Source: Pirellulaceae bacterium (GTDB lineage Bacteria; Planctomycetota; Planctomycetia; Pirellulales; Pirellulaceae). Taken from it: 64,000 bases of DNA. Every line of letters begins with the position of its first letter. The stretch's first letter is position 1. Location: NCBI GenBank assembly GCA_041748315.1, contig JBGTDM010000087.1:3502-67501 (forward strand), in the 5' to 3' direction. Below the pieces are notes generated by a model, which was not told where the DNA came from, ran no database searches, and saw only the letters and a list, made by a program, of their open reading frames with translations. This document shows positions 1-9,260 of this stretch, piece by piece. The position numbers and the translations under genes are program-made.

Positions 1-65
1 AGCTTGGGAATCGAGAAAAAATAACTGTTCTGACTCGATCATTGAATTGACAATACGTCGAAACA

Positions 66-566
66 TTACATTGAAGTCAACGTTTCAGCGACTCCACGGT
101 TTCTAGCCTGCATGGCCAAGCGAAAGGCTTCATCGTCTCCATATTTGTCGCAGGAAAAACTGCGAGTCCGTCGTCGGCCTTCTGCATCCGTCCATTGCGC
201 GACCCAAAAATGGTAAGTGAACTCATAGCCTCCACGGTACTCGATTTGGACTGCCGGACGAACTCCGACAACCCCAGAAGTATTCCGTGACGATGGGTGC
301 TGTGCGAGCTCCTTGACGGTATAGTTTCGGGAAATTTCCAGCAAGTGATCGCGATACTCCTTGGCGGCTGCTAAAGCAGCTCGTTTACCATTATGAGCGT
401 TATCGGCGAAGTACCGATCAAACCTTTGTCCGCGTCGCTGCAGTCGCACCTGCCATCCACAATTGAAATTCCCCGCTGACGAAATCGTCTCGATCCTCGA
501 GATATTTCGCATCGTTGGGCTACGTCGCTGGGTTCGATTGAAATTAAGTTTTCGTTTCTTGGACAT
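66..566 (-). CDS. AP2-domain DNA-binding protein (two AP2-like repeats)
   Basis: ORF 66..668. The first ATG is at 566 (MSKKRKL...). There are two AP2/ERF-type segments: GWQVRLQRRGQRFDRYF..KRAALAAAKEYRD and GVRP..YHFWVAQW..RRRTRSFS..DEAFRLAMQARN. Confidence 0.6.
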   Translation of the reverse strand: MSKKRKLNFNRTQRRSPTMRNISRIETISSAGNFNCGWQVRLQRRGQRFDRYFADNAHNGKRAALAAAKEYRDHLLEISRNYTVKELAQHPSSRNTSGVVGVRPAVQIEYRGGYEFTYHFWVAQWTDAEGRRRTRSFSCDKYGDDEAFRLAMQARNRGVAETLTSM

Positions 567-759
567 GTCATTTTGCCAGGCGACACGATAAATGACGCAT
601 TGCGTGCTTGATCCTATTGAAGAATGCATCGACCGGCTGATCGAGGTCTTTCCATCTCTGAGAAGCAACTTGCGTACATCAAAATAATCTAATCACAGCA
701 AAGCAAAAGAACAGCCCTGCAGATTGAATTTCTGCAAAATTTGGACATGCCTCAAACAA

Positions 760-1818
760 CTATTGAGCCGAAGAGCGGTATCCATCTGGCCCGCCTGAGA
801 TGAGTCTTCCTTCAGGAAGCGGCCAAACCGCAGTCTGAAATCCGACCTGTTGTAAATACGATTTGACCCGATTGAATTCGGGGTAACTATCGGGGTAAAC
901 CCAAATTGAAACGGTCGTTTTATCGGGTTGCAACCGGCTCAATTCGCTCAATAATCTGGAATTGGGTTGTAGGGCATCGTCTACACGCTCACCGATATTT
1001 TCCGCAATCGGCATTAGTACGAAGCGACGAAACGCAACTTTCCGCTCGCTGACAATCCCGATTTGAGTTGCCGTCTGTAGTTCTTCGGCTTCAAGTGTAT
1101 ATTGCAATCGAAAGTTCTGGATTGGACCGACCGTTTCCACCGTTTGATTGGACGACTTCAATTTCTCGGCCTTCAGTTTCCACTCGCCGCGCATTCTATC
1201 GACCAGAGCATCCACCGGAACAAAAGCGATTCGACCCTGCAGGATTCTCACATGCACTTCATCGTTAAACACCGTTTTTGCAAGCGGTGTTGGATAATGT
1301 ACAATGGTCTCGGCCTGCGCCTTTTGCTCGAGCTCAATCGTTTGATACTCGGCCTTCGCACGGTTAAGTTCCTGAGATAGGGCGGCGAATTGCCGGTCCA
1401 GTTGAAGATGTTCGATCTCGTTTTGCTCCAATTCCAGCTCGTTCGTCGCCCGGACATTTTCAAGTTGTTGGATTTCCATTAGCAATCGTTGTCGCTCGAA
1501 TCGTAGATGGTCTGAGAATTTGGATTGATCGGAAATATTGCCTTCCATGCTGTGAATATCGTCGAGCAAACTAACGGAATTTAGACGGGCACTTGCCAAT
1601 CGCCGTTCCAGGGAATCCAGGTCGACCGGCTCGGAAGAGAGAGCAACCGGCATTGCCAAACCCAGTGAAGAGCCTGCGTGGGCGCCGACGACAACCACCA
1701 AAATAATCAAAATCCCGACAAGGTTGGCGACAATATCCAGGAACGCATCGTTGCCAGGTGTCTCGCTTGACGGCGAGCGCTGTCCTCGACGACGTTGCAT
1801 TTTTCGATAGTTTGACAT
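760..1818 (-). CDS. ExbD/TolR-like single-pass membrane protein with long coiled-coil stalk
   Basis: ORF 760..1833 starts at a TTG. An ATG at 1818 gives MSNYRKMQRRRG. The N-terminal TM helix NDAFLDIVANLVGILIILVVVV resembles the ExbD/TolR helix, including the Asp. A coiled coil of more than 100 aa follows. The C-terminus TTVSIWVYPDSYPEFNRVKSYLQQVGFQTAVWPL fits the ExbD C-terminal pattern. Confidence 0.6.
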   Translation of the reverse strand: MSNYRKMQRRRGQRSPSSETPGNDAFLDIVANLVGILIILVVVVGAHAGSSLGLAMPVALSSEPVDLDSLERRLASARLNSVSLLDDIHSMEGNISDQSKFSDHLRFERQRLLMEIQQLENVRATNELELEQNEIEHLQLDRQFAALSQELNRAKAEYQTIELEQKAQAETIVHYPTPLAKTVFNDEVHVRILQGRIAFVPVDALVDRMRGEWKLKAEKLKSSNQTVETVGPIQNFRLQYTLEAEELQTATQIGIVSERKVAFRRFVLMPIAENIGERVDDALQPNSRLLSELSRLQPDKTTVSIWVYPDSYPEFNRVKSYLQQVGFQTAVWPLPEGRLISGGPDGYRSSAQ

Positions 1819-1861
1819 CGTGATCGATTCCAAAAGCGCAGCGTTTCAGTTCAACTGGCCG

Positions 1862-3574
1862 TTAATTCGACGTTTCCATTTCCAACCCGCTGTTACTCAA
1901 AAGTTTTGCAAGACGTCGATAGTTCGCCTCGCCCCCCGCCTTTAAATTGATCCTCAATACCGGTTTCCAATAACCTCCTGGTCCAGCGATTCCCCAGTGT
2001 TCAATGACAGACCAGATCGAGTGCACAAAATGTTCCAACGAGTCATCGACCGAACGATCGATGCTCACCGTAATGGCATTATGGTTGGAGTTGTTACCAT
2101 CTTCGATAACAAATCGATCTGGGTAACACAACACTTGAATCGGGCGGCGATAGGCGATCGCATTTGCCGTTGATGCCGGCAGCGCCCATTGGTCACCTCG
2201 ATGGGACCGATGGGGCTCCTGGGCGGTTGCATTTGACTGCGATGCCGACGGATTCGGAGGCTGACCGATGTTCAATTGAAGTGTGTCACCGGCGACCGAG
2301 CTGCTCTGCATCCGTGAATCAAGCTCACCCTCAGCGCCACGCCCCCCACTTGAACTAACAAGATTCTCTGAATGCGGGCTTTTTGACTTAGTTCCATCCT
2401 TCTCGAACTGGCTTGTTGCGAAATGTTGGTCAATGAAAGATTGGTCAAATGCAATCCCCGAATCACGATCCGATCGATTACCTTGCGACCGATCCTGTTG
2501 ATCATTCCCAAAAACCGCCTCATTAAAGTCACTTCCGGTCGATTGACTCCGGCCACTTACCCAACCTTCGTCGGCTGAAGCCGACGAACTATTCTGGCCT
2601 GGTCTTCCGTTGTCTCCGCGCTCCCGATTGATTCCGGGTGATTGAAAAACCTGTCCTCGAGATTCCATGACCGCCACTAACCGTTCCTGTTTTCTCAGCG
2701 ACTCGTCAATCACCCGATTCAACTCTGCAATCAAGGCTGGGTCGACGGCACCAAAGTCAAGCGTTTTGTCTGATTCGACCAACTCATATCCAAACTCATC
2801 ATCCCAGCTTTTCATTCCGCGTCGGGCTAACGCAAAATAACTTTCGCCGCCGGGGCGAATGACCAATAATGGATAGGCTTGACCGCTGTCGCTTTCCAGT
2901 TGATTACGGCGCTGATACTGGCGTATGGCCAGCAGGCACGCGTCTAACGGATTCCCCGGCAGGACAGGGAATGTAAAATCTCGTTCCGTCAATTGGATTG
3001 CCCCAGGTTGAATGAATAACCCCTGCTTGGTGCATTCGATGTAAATGGGTCGACGAGCAGTTCCGGAGTTCCCTTTGTAAGGAACGATCGAGAACCTGGT
3101 TTGGTTATTGTCGCGTGTTGTCCGCAGCGCATCCGTTTTGGTTTTCAATTCAGAAATTTGGCTCTCGACATTTTTGATTTCCACGTCGAGTTCTTTGATC
3201 GAGAGATGCGCCGAAATCTTCTGCTCCGAGCGCGCATTACTTTGGCGCATGACCCGAAGTTCGTTTTGCAATTGTCGAATCTCGTTTTCGAGGTAGCCCC
3301 GTTCGTCTCGAGCCTGAGAGAGTCGATGCTGCAAATCAGGACGCAAGCCAAGGAGACCGTCAATTCTCAACGTCTCATCGAGCAATGCTGCCTCCAAGGC
3401 AATAGCTTTTTCGGCGGACCGTTGTAGGACATCTGACTGGCTACCATCCGGATGATCAGCGGCTTTAACTGCGAGAACAAGCAACACGATCAACACACCC
3501 ATTGTGCAGATCAATACCGCCAAGAATGGAAAAAGTGATACAGCGGTCGTATCAATACGTCCACGGTTGATCAT
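1862..3574 (-). CDS. ExbD/TolR-like paralogue (TM Asp replaced by Ala) with coiled coil, two ExbD-like folds and a long low-complexity linker
   Basis: The ATG at 3574 overlaps the upstream stop (ATGA at 3571-3574). The TM helix is SLFPFLAVLICTMGVLIVLL. A coiled coil spans about aa 45-160. Two ExbD-like segments are present: PLLVIRPGGESYFALARRGMKSW and PVLRINLKAGGEANYRRLAKLLSNSGLEME. An S/G/D/N/Q-rich linker spans about aa 305-470. Confidence 0.6.
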   Translation of the reverse strand: MINRGRIDTTAVSLFPFLAVLICTMGVLIVLLVLAVKAADHPDGSQSDVLQRSAEKAIALEAALLDETLRIDGLLGLRPDLQHRLSQARDERGYLENEIRQLQNELRVMRQSNARSEQKISAHLSIKELDVEIKNVESQISELKTKTDALRTTRDNNQTRFSIVPYKGNSGTARRPIYIECTKQGLFIQPGAIQLTERDFTFPVLPGNPLDACLLAIRQYQRRNQLESDSGQAYPLLVIRPGGESYFALARRGMKSWDDEFGYELVESDKTLDFGAVDPALIAELNRVIDESLRKQERLVAVMESRGQVFQSPGINRERGDNGRPGQNSSSASADEGWVSGRSQSTGSDFNEAVFGNDQQDRSQGNRSDRDSGIAFDQSFIDQHFATSQFEKDGTKSKSPHSENLVSSSGGRGAEGELDSRMQSSSVAGDTLQLNIGQPPNPSASQSNATAQEPHRSHRGDQWALPASTANAIAYRRPIQVLCYPDRFVIEDGNNSNHNAITVSIDRSVDDSLEHFVHSIWSVIEHWGIAGPGGYWKPVLRINLKAGGEANYRRLAKLLSNSGLEMETSN

Positions 3575-5250
3575 GCGGCACGCTTGTGATCAGTTTCAGT
3601 TTGGGCTTGAGCTGAGCCAGGATTCTCGGCACGGGCGCGAGTTGCACGCTGGAGGTCTGCTAAACGTCGCGTCATCGGTGTTACATCAGTGTTAATGGCT
3701 GAGTTGTCGATCACCTGAACCTCTTCTTCGTTAAACTTGTCATGCGCAGAAATCATTTGCGCAACCGGTTCGTCCCCTGAGTTTACGGAGTCATACTCGG
3801 CGTCTTCCGTCGACTCTGAAAAGACTCGAATCTGATCTGTCGTGCCGGTGTGCTTGGCGCTTGGCAGCGATTGTTCGATTCGAAATTCCAGCAGTCGGAT
3901 GGCCGATGCTAGATCTGTTGAAGTCTCTTGCAACGAACTTGAAGCCGGAAGCGAACTCAAAAATGAAAGCAGGTTTTCCTGTAGATTCCGCAACTCAGTA
4001 AATGAGTTGGTCAGGTGGTCAATTGATCCAACGTCCTTGGCAAGTTTCTCATGTTGTCGGGAAATCTGACGGGTCAAATCGGAAAGCGATGTATGCCACT
4101 GATGAATTCGTTGTTCAAGTGTTTTGTCTGCCTTGGAAATCGAGTTTGAGAGTTCCAAAGCCAATTTGCTCGTTGAGTTGTTGATTGCGTTCGACAATTC
4201 CACCTGCACAACATGCTTGGCAGCGTCCAGCGACTCCACCCAGGAAGCCTGTGCTGCCAGGATCGAGTGATTCCAAAGCGAGCATTGTTTGGTTACGAGT
4301 CGTTCCGTGGATGCGACTAATGTCTCTCCCATTTGGCGAATCGCTCGCAAGTGTCCGTCTTCCTTTTCAAGCTCAATCGTAAAAAACTGATTCAACTGGG
4401 TTCGAGCATGTTCATCGACAGCAATCAACAATTGCGACTCAAAACGATCCGCCACAAACTGGCAAAACATCAAGATAATTGAAAAGGTTAATGCCAAAGC
4501 GGTGGTATCAAAGGCAATGTACAGGCTTGATTGAAGCCCGGCCATCATGCTTTGGAAATCGTTTTCAGGACCAACCGCAATGCCGCCAAGCGCTTCAGAG
4601 ATCCCCAGTACCGTCCCCAAAAATCCCAACATCGGTGTGGCCCAGATCAAAATCCGAACGAGTGAGTATCGCTCAAATTTCTGGTTTGCGTCATTGTCTG
4701 AAAGGTACTTTAGTTCGTCATCCAAACCGCCCGCCGAATGATGTTGTTTGACGTAACCCAGTGCCGCCTGAAACCGCTTCCATAAATACGAACGTTGCAT
4801 TCGCCTTGGGATGCCCAGCAGCCGTTCCTGGAGACGGGAAATTCGCTGCTCGATGGGGATGGCACCGATGTCGACCGGAATCGACGGTTCATTTGGACTC
4901 GAATTACTCGGCTCGGGCGCTATGGCTGTATGCTCGCTACTCCGTCGCATGCCAAACCAATGCCGGCGAATCCGTCCTCGCTTCTCATGCAAAGTGACTC
5001 TTCTAAGAGAAATAAATTGATCTAGAACATCAGCTCCGACCAATAGTAGCGAAACGAGACCCACCAGAAACATCGCGGTCGTTACCTTGGAAACCGAATG
5101 TCCAACGATGTACCTTCGAATCAACTCATCGTCGATCAATCCCTTTTCAATTGCACCGACCAACACAAAATAGACGCCCAACCCCATCACCAACGGGAAG
5201 AGAAGTGTCGGTACAATCGCGAGCCATGATGTCGAGCGAGTTTGGAACAC
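3571..5250 (-). CDS. MotA/TolQ/ExbB-family proton channel protein with ~290-aa C-terminal coiled-coil/acidic tail
   Basis: GTG start at 5250. Four hydrophobic helices are arranged in MotA-like topology. The family signature region is WATPMLGFLGTVLGISEALGG, followed by a second helix pair member, LYIAFDTTALALTFSIILMF. A long helical tail follows. Confidence 0.75.
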   Translation of the reverse strand: MFQTRSTSWLAIVPTLLFPLVMGLGVYFVLVGAIEKGLIDDELIRRYIVGHSVSKVTTAMFLVGLVSLLLVGADVLDQFISLRRVTLHEKRGRIRRHWFGMRRSSEHTAIAPEPSNSSPNEPSIPVDIGAIPIEQRISRLQERLLGIPRRMQRSYLWKRFQAALGYVKQHHSAGGLDDELKYLSDNDANQKFERYSLVRILIWATPMLGFLGTVLGISEALGGIAVGPENDFQSMMAGLQSSLYIAFDTTALALTFSIILMFCQFVADRFESQLLIAVDEHARTQLNQFFTIELEKEDGHLRAIRQMGETLVASTERLVTKQCSLWNHSILAAQASWVESLDAAKHVVQVELSNAINNSTSKLALELSNSISKADKTLEQRIHQWHTSLSDLTRQISRQHEKLAKDVGSIDHLTNSFTELRNLQENLLSFLSSLPASSSLQETSTDLASAIRLLEFRIEQSLPSAKHTGTTDQIRVFSESTEDAEYDSVNSGDEPVAQMISAHDKFNEEEVQVIDNSAINTDVTPMTRRLADLQRATRARAENPGSAQAQTETDHKRAA

Positions 5251-5554
5251 GGAATTAGTGAACTTTCAAAAATCGATTCTGGTTGGCGCGATACTTCCTC
5301 GCAAAAGCTGCGAAAAGCGGTATACGGAGTTATCCTTAAAATCGGAATAGTCAACGCAGTTTATTAAGCGATTCAAGCAAACTATTGTCGAAATCAGAAC
5401 ATTCGTGGCACGAAGCACGCTAGCAGCTATTGTCAAGCTGAATTCGAAACAATTCCCAAAGTTCCACAACTGAGATCGCCGATACCAATCCATGTTGACA
5501 AGATCAACACAAAGGGAAATTGCAGTTGCCTTGCAATTACCCAGGGGGGGACTA

Positions 5555-5592
5555 GTCCGGAATCTGCCATTGGCATTCCGGGCTTTTTTTTT
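5555..5592 (+). terminator. Strong intrinsic terminator on + strand with no upstream + strand CDS (possible sRNA 3' end)
   Basis: The stem GTCCGGAAT(5555-5563)/ATTCCGGGC(5575-5583) has an inner GCCA/TGGC extension and is followed by nine T (5584-5592). An upstream hairpin AATTGCA/TGCAATT lies at 5518-5538. TTGACA occurs at 5495-5500. Confidence 0.5.
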
Positions 5593-6053
5593 GGAATTCC
5601 TCCTCGCGCGAGAAACGGTGCGACTTGATCTTGCGCCCCATCAATCGGATTCGTTTGGCTTCACCTTACCCAATCGAAAGTTCCCGGTTCATTCAAAATC
5701 TGCACCATTCGGGAGCACAACGTCTGCCTCGCTTTAAGATTGCATTGCGATCGAACAGCATGTGACTCCAAATCCGCAAGCACTTCCGATTCCATCGAAA
5801 CATGCAACGACCGGGCGCGGGGTGAACGCTCGAATTACACCAAATTGGTTGCTGCAATTTCCATCCGTTGAAAAATTTAATCCCGAAGCCTTAGAACTAT
5901 GGAGTTTGCTCAAGTAACATTCCATTGTTCTTGACGGTCCAATCTAATCCAAAGAAGAACTGAAGGTTTTGAGTAACGCCATCAAGGCGCGACACGATCC
6001 CCAGGTGTACGGACCCAGTCGACTTTCTTCGCAGCGTCCGGCAGTTGGATGTT

Positions 6054-7085
6054 CTATTCAGGATTTGGCTTACCTGGGTGGTTGTCTTCAATCCGTCGTT
6101 TAATTCCATCAACATCCAAACTGTTGGGTTCATCGTAATCCTGGTGCTCCTTCAATTCGTCAAGCCCCAGTTTGAGAGGCGCAACTCCCGATTCTGGAAC
6201 CGCTCCACCCGCTGACCAGATGATGGCATTTGCCACAATCTTTTGAAAATTTTTATTCCCCCAGTTCCAATGGAAATGACCTCCGGTAAAGCCAAAACCT
6301 CGACCGCCATCGTCGCGCTGCATCGCCCAAGCCACGTGCTGAGGCTCGCCAGCCTTGCTTCTAACATAAGGGTTGCCGCTATGCGGTCCATCGGGGCGGC
6401 TTAAGGTGTCTTTGGGCGGAATAGCGGTCAGAATGGGTGTTATTCCGTCCATGTTGTCTCGAAAACGCATATGGTAATACCACTCGTCATTGATTGCGAA
6501 GGGTTGCACGCCATTTCCGATTGGGTGTTCGGGGATTTCTGTAAATTTCGCGGTCCAGTGCGGAGTCACCGACCAATCGGTTTCAAAATAGCCGCCAATC
6601 CAGTTTAGAAAAAAATCGCCTGATTCACCTTTGGGAACTTCGACAGCATAGTGAATGCACACGATCCCGATCTGTTTCTCGACCAGCGCCTGAACAGTTT
6701 CTAAATTTCGGTTGACTGGATGTCCATTTCCACCGTCGCTATACATGACGATTGCATCAAAACGACTCAAGTCTTCCTCCGGCCATTGATGTTTAAAGAC
6801 CGTGCAATCGATTCCGGGAAATGCACTTTGTAATGTCTTTGCCAAAAGCATGCAGCCGGCATAATGTTCGTGCGAGCCGTAGCCGTGGCTGGGGCGTCCT
6901 GCTAAAAATGCGATCCTCAATTGCTTTGGATCCTTGGCGGAGAATGACTCATCCTGGGAAATCAGGTGATTGGAATATCCCGAAAACCACAACGCGCCAA
7001 TGACCATGCACGCTGATTTAACGAAAAGGGACGAACGGAGACGACGAAAATGTTGGTGCTTCTTCAAGCGTTGATTTGAATTCAT
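6054..7085 (-). CDS. ThuA-domain (glutamine amidotransferase-like) secreted protein
   Basis: ORF 6054..7097. An ATG at 7085 gives MNSNQRLKK plus a signal-like hydrophobic stretch. The overall pattern (RIAFLAGRPSHGYGSHEH.., FDAIVMYSDGGNGHP) is typical of ThuA-like proteins as I remember them. Confidence 0.6.
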   Translation of the reverse strand: MNSNQRLKKHQHFRRLRSSLFVKSACMVIGALWFSGYSNHLISQDESFSAKDPKQLRIAFLAGRPSHGYGSHEHYAGCMLLAKTLQSAFPGIDCTVFKHQWPEEDLSRFDAIVMYSDGGNGHPVNRNLETVQALVEKQIGIVCIHYAVEVPKGESGDFFLNWIGGYFETDWSVTPHWTAKFTEIPEHPIGNGVQPFAINDEWYYHMRFRDNMDGITPILTAIPPKDTLSRPDGPHSGNPYVRSKAGEPQHVAWAMQRDDGGRGFGFTGGHFHWNWGNKNFQKIVANAIIWSAGGAVPESGVAPLKLGLDELKEHQDYDEPNSLDVDGIKRRIEDNHPGKPNPE

Positions 7086-7321
7086 CTTGATTTCCAATTA
7101 ATTTACTGATGGTAACATTGAGGATTTTCCGAAACGCAAGTTTGCCAGGTTTATCAGTTGATCAATGTTAATTGATGTGGCGAACCTAGCTGATGATGCC
7201 GAACCTGATTATATTGTTTATTTACTCTACAGGCTAACGCCGACAAAATTGTCCTTTTCCAAAAGCCAATTCACCGTGCCCATTCGACAAGCTTAAGTAA
7301 TTCCCGGGGACCTTTCAAACA

Positions 7322-8296
7322 ATGTCAAACATCAAACGAATACTCGTCACCGGTGGAGCAGGGTTTTTAGGTTCGCATCTATGCGAACGGCTGGTCGATC
7401 AAGGGCACGATGTCATTTGCCTCGACAATTTTTTTACCAGCCAAAAAAGCAATGTAACTCACTTGCTCGATCACACAAATTTTGAACTCATTCGGCATGA
7501 TGTCATCCATCCCGTCTGGTTGGAAGTGGACCAGATTTACAACCTGGCTTGCCCGGCTGCCCCTGGACACTATCAGTATAATCCGATCAAGACGATGAAG
7601 ACTAGTGTGACGGGGGCCATCAATCTATTGGGAATGGCAAAACGCTGCCATGCACGAATCATGCAGGCATCGACCAGTGAAGTCTATGGTGATCCCGAAG
7701 AGCATCCGCAACGCGAATCGTATCGAGGCAATGTCAATCCGATCGGACCTCGAGCTTGTTACGATGAAGGTAAACGGGCGGCAGAAACCTTGTTTATGGA
7801 CTACCATCGTATGAATCGTACGGACATCCGCATCGCTCGGATCTTCAACACTTATGGGCCGCGCATGCATCCGTTTGACGGGCGAGTTGTCTCGAACTTC
7901 ATACGTCAAGCTCTCGCCGATGAAGAGATCACGATTTTTGGCGATGGCTCACAAACTCGATCATTTTGTTATCGAGACGATTTGGTCGAGGGCTTTATCC
8001 GTTTGATGAACTCGGACGAATCGCTCCATTTCCCGATTAACCTGGGTAACCCCGGTGAATACACCATCAAACAACTCGCCGAACTAACCGTCGAACTCGT
8101 TGGATCATCCTCAAAACTGGTGTACAAAGACCTTCCGGCAGACGATCCGACTCGACGCCAACCCGACATAACATTGGCCAAAAAGCATTTGAATTGGGAA
8201 CCAAACGTGCCGCTGCTTGAAGGGTTGCAGAAGACGATCGATTGGTTCAAAACGATTGATCCAGAGCATTACCGCCCCCCGACCCCGAATTTTTGA
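7322..8296 (+). CDS. UDP-glucuronate decarboxylase (UDP-xylose synthase), extended SDR
   Basis: Rossmann motif [12 protein letters not shown], catalytic YDEGKR (YxxxK), and the characteristic [11 protein letters not shown] and VSNFI segments. Confidence 0.85.
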   Translation: MSNIKRILVTGGAGFLGSHLCERLVDQGHDVICLDNFFTSQKSNVTHLLDHTNFELIRHDVIHPVWLEVDQIYNLACPAAPGHYQYNPIKTMKTSVTGAINLLGMAKRCHARIMQASTSEVYGDPEEHPQRESYRGNVNPIGPRACYDEGKRAAETLFMDYHRMNRTDIRIARIFNTYGPRMHPFDGRVVSNFIRQALADEEITIFGDGSQTRSFCYRDDLVEGFIRLMNSDESLHFPINLGNPGEYTIKQLAELTVELVGSSSKLVYKDLPADDPTRRQPDITLAKKHLNWEPNVPLLEGLQKTIDWFKTIDPEHYRPPTPNF

Positions 8297-8405
8297 GGAG
8301 ATCAATCCTTGGACGTGGCCTTGGTAATCGTTGTGACCATTCGATGCGTGCCAGCGGGGCTCTCGTTCGAGTTTGATCGTCACTGACCTGCGCAGGTCCA
8401 AAACG

Positions 8406-9203
8406 TTAATCGGTTTCTGCAAGTTCACCAGGCTCGATCTCGACAACTTTGCCCTCCTCGAGTCGGACAATTCGATCGGCACGACAAGCAACTGATTCGT
8501 CATGCGTGACGATGACCACGGTGATCCCTTCTTCACGATTCAATCGAATCAACGTCTTCATCACTTCGTCACCATTTTTGCGATCGAGATTACCCGTTGG
8601 CTCGTCGGCTAACAGCAACATCGGACAACTGATAAGAGCGCGTGCAATTGCCGTCCGTTGCATTTCGCCTCCAGAAAGCTGATTGGGGCGATGCTGAATG
8701 CGATGGGACAATCCGACCAGTTCCAGTATCTCCTTGGCTCGTGCGATAAATTTGGATCGTTTTCTGAAATACCCGAAAACACCTTGTTCGATCATACGAG
8801 GCACCAGGACGTTTTCCAATGTCGTCAATTCTGGAAGCAGATGGTAAAACTGGAAAATCATCCCTATTTTCTGGTTTCTCAATTTATCGCGTTCTCTTCG
8901 CGGTGCGTTATCAATGCGCTTATCTCGAAACCAAATCTCGCCTCGATCGGGCTCGTCCAGAGTACCCAGCAGATGCAATAAAGTGCTTTTCCCCGAACCG
9001 CTTTGCCCAACAATTGAGATTATCTTTTTCTCCGGCAATGAGAGATCGACACCGCGCAACACCGGAATTTCGATCTTTCCTTTATAGAAACTTTTGTGCA
9101 AATCAACCGTGGTGAGAATCGACGGATGGTTGACACGAAGTGGATGTCTGCGAATATCAGACTCTCGCGAAGTATTCATGATCCGGACGTGCGCCTCGTT
9201 CAT
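8406..9203 (-). CDS. ABC transporter ATP-binding protein (LolD/MacB-like)
   Basis: Walker A GQSGSGKST, signature LSGGEMQR, Walker B LLLADEPTGNLD. ATG at 9203 (the ORF-track start at 9215 is a TTG). It lies 3' of the FtsX-type permease gene. Confidence 0.85.
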   Translation of the reverse strand: MNEAHVRIMNTSRESDIRRHPLRVNHPSILTTVDLHKSFYKGKIEIPVLRGVDLSLPEKKIISIVGQSGSGKSTLLHLLGTLDEPDRGEIWFRDKRIDNAPRRERDKLRNQKIGMIFQFYHLLPELTTLENVLVPRMIEQGVFGYFRKRSKFIARAKEILELVGLSHRIQHRPNQLSGGEMQRTAIARALISCPMLLLADEPTGNLDRKNGDEVMKTLIRLNREEGITVVIVTHDESVACRADRIVRLEEGKVVEIEPGELAETD

Positions 9204-9260
9204 GTAGTATTCCAATCTTTTAACATTTTGAAAATGATAACGCGATGACTTACAACGGGA

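Noticed and set aside
2084-2092. An isolated GTTGGAGTT 9-mer matching the REP flank.
   Set aside because: It lies inside a CDS and has no adjacent hairpin. It is most likely a chance match.
760-5250. Whether the MotA-like trio is a Zorya anti-phage system.
   Set aside because: ZorA-like features (a channel plus a long tail) are present. However, the partner proteins look ExbD/TolR-like, lack a recognisable peptidoglycan-binding domain, and no ZorC/ZorD/ZorE-type effector gene is adjacent. I kept it as an unassigned motor-like system instead.
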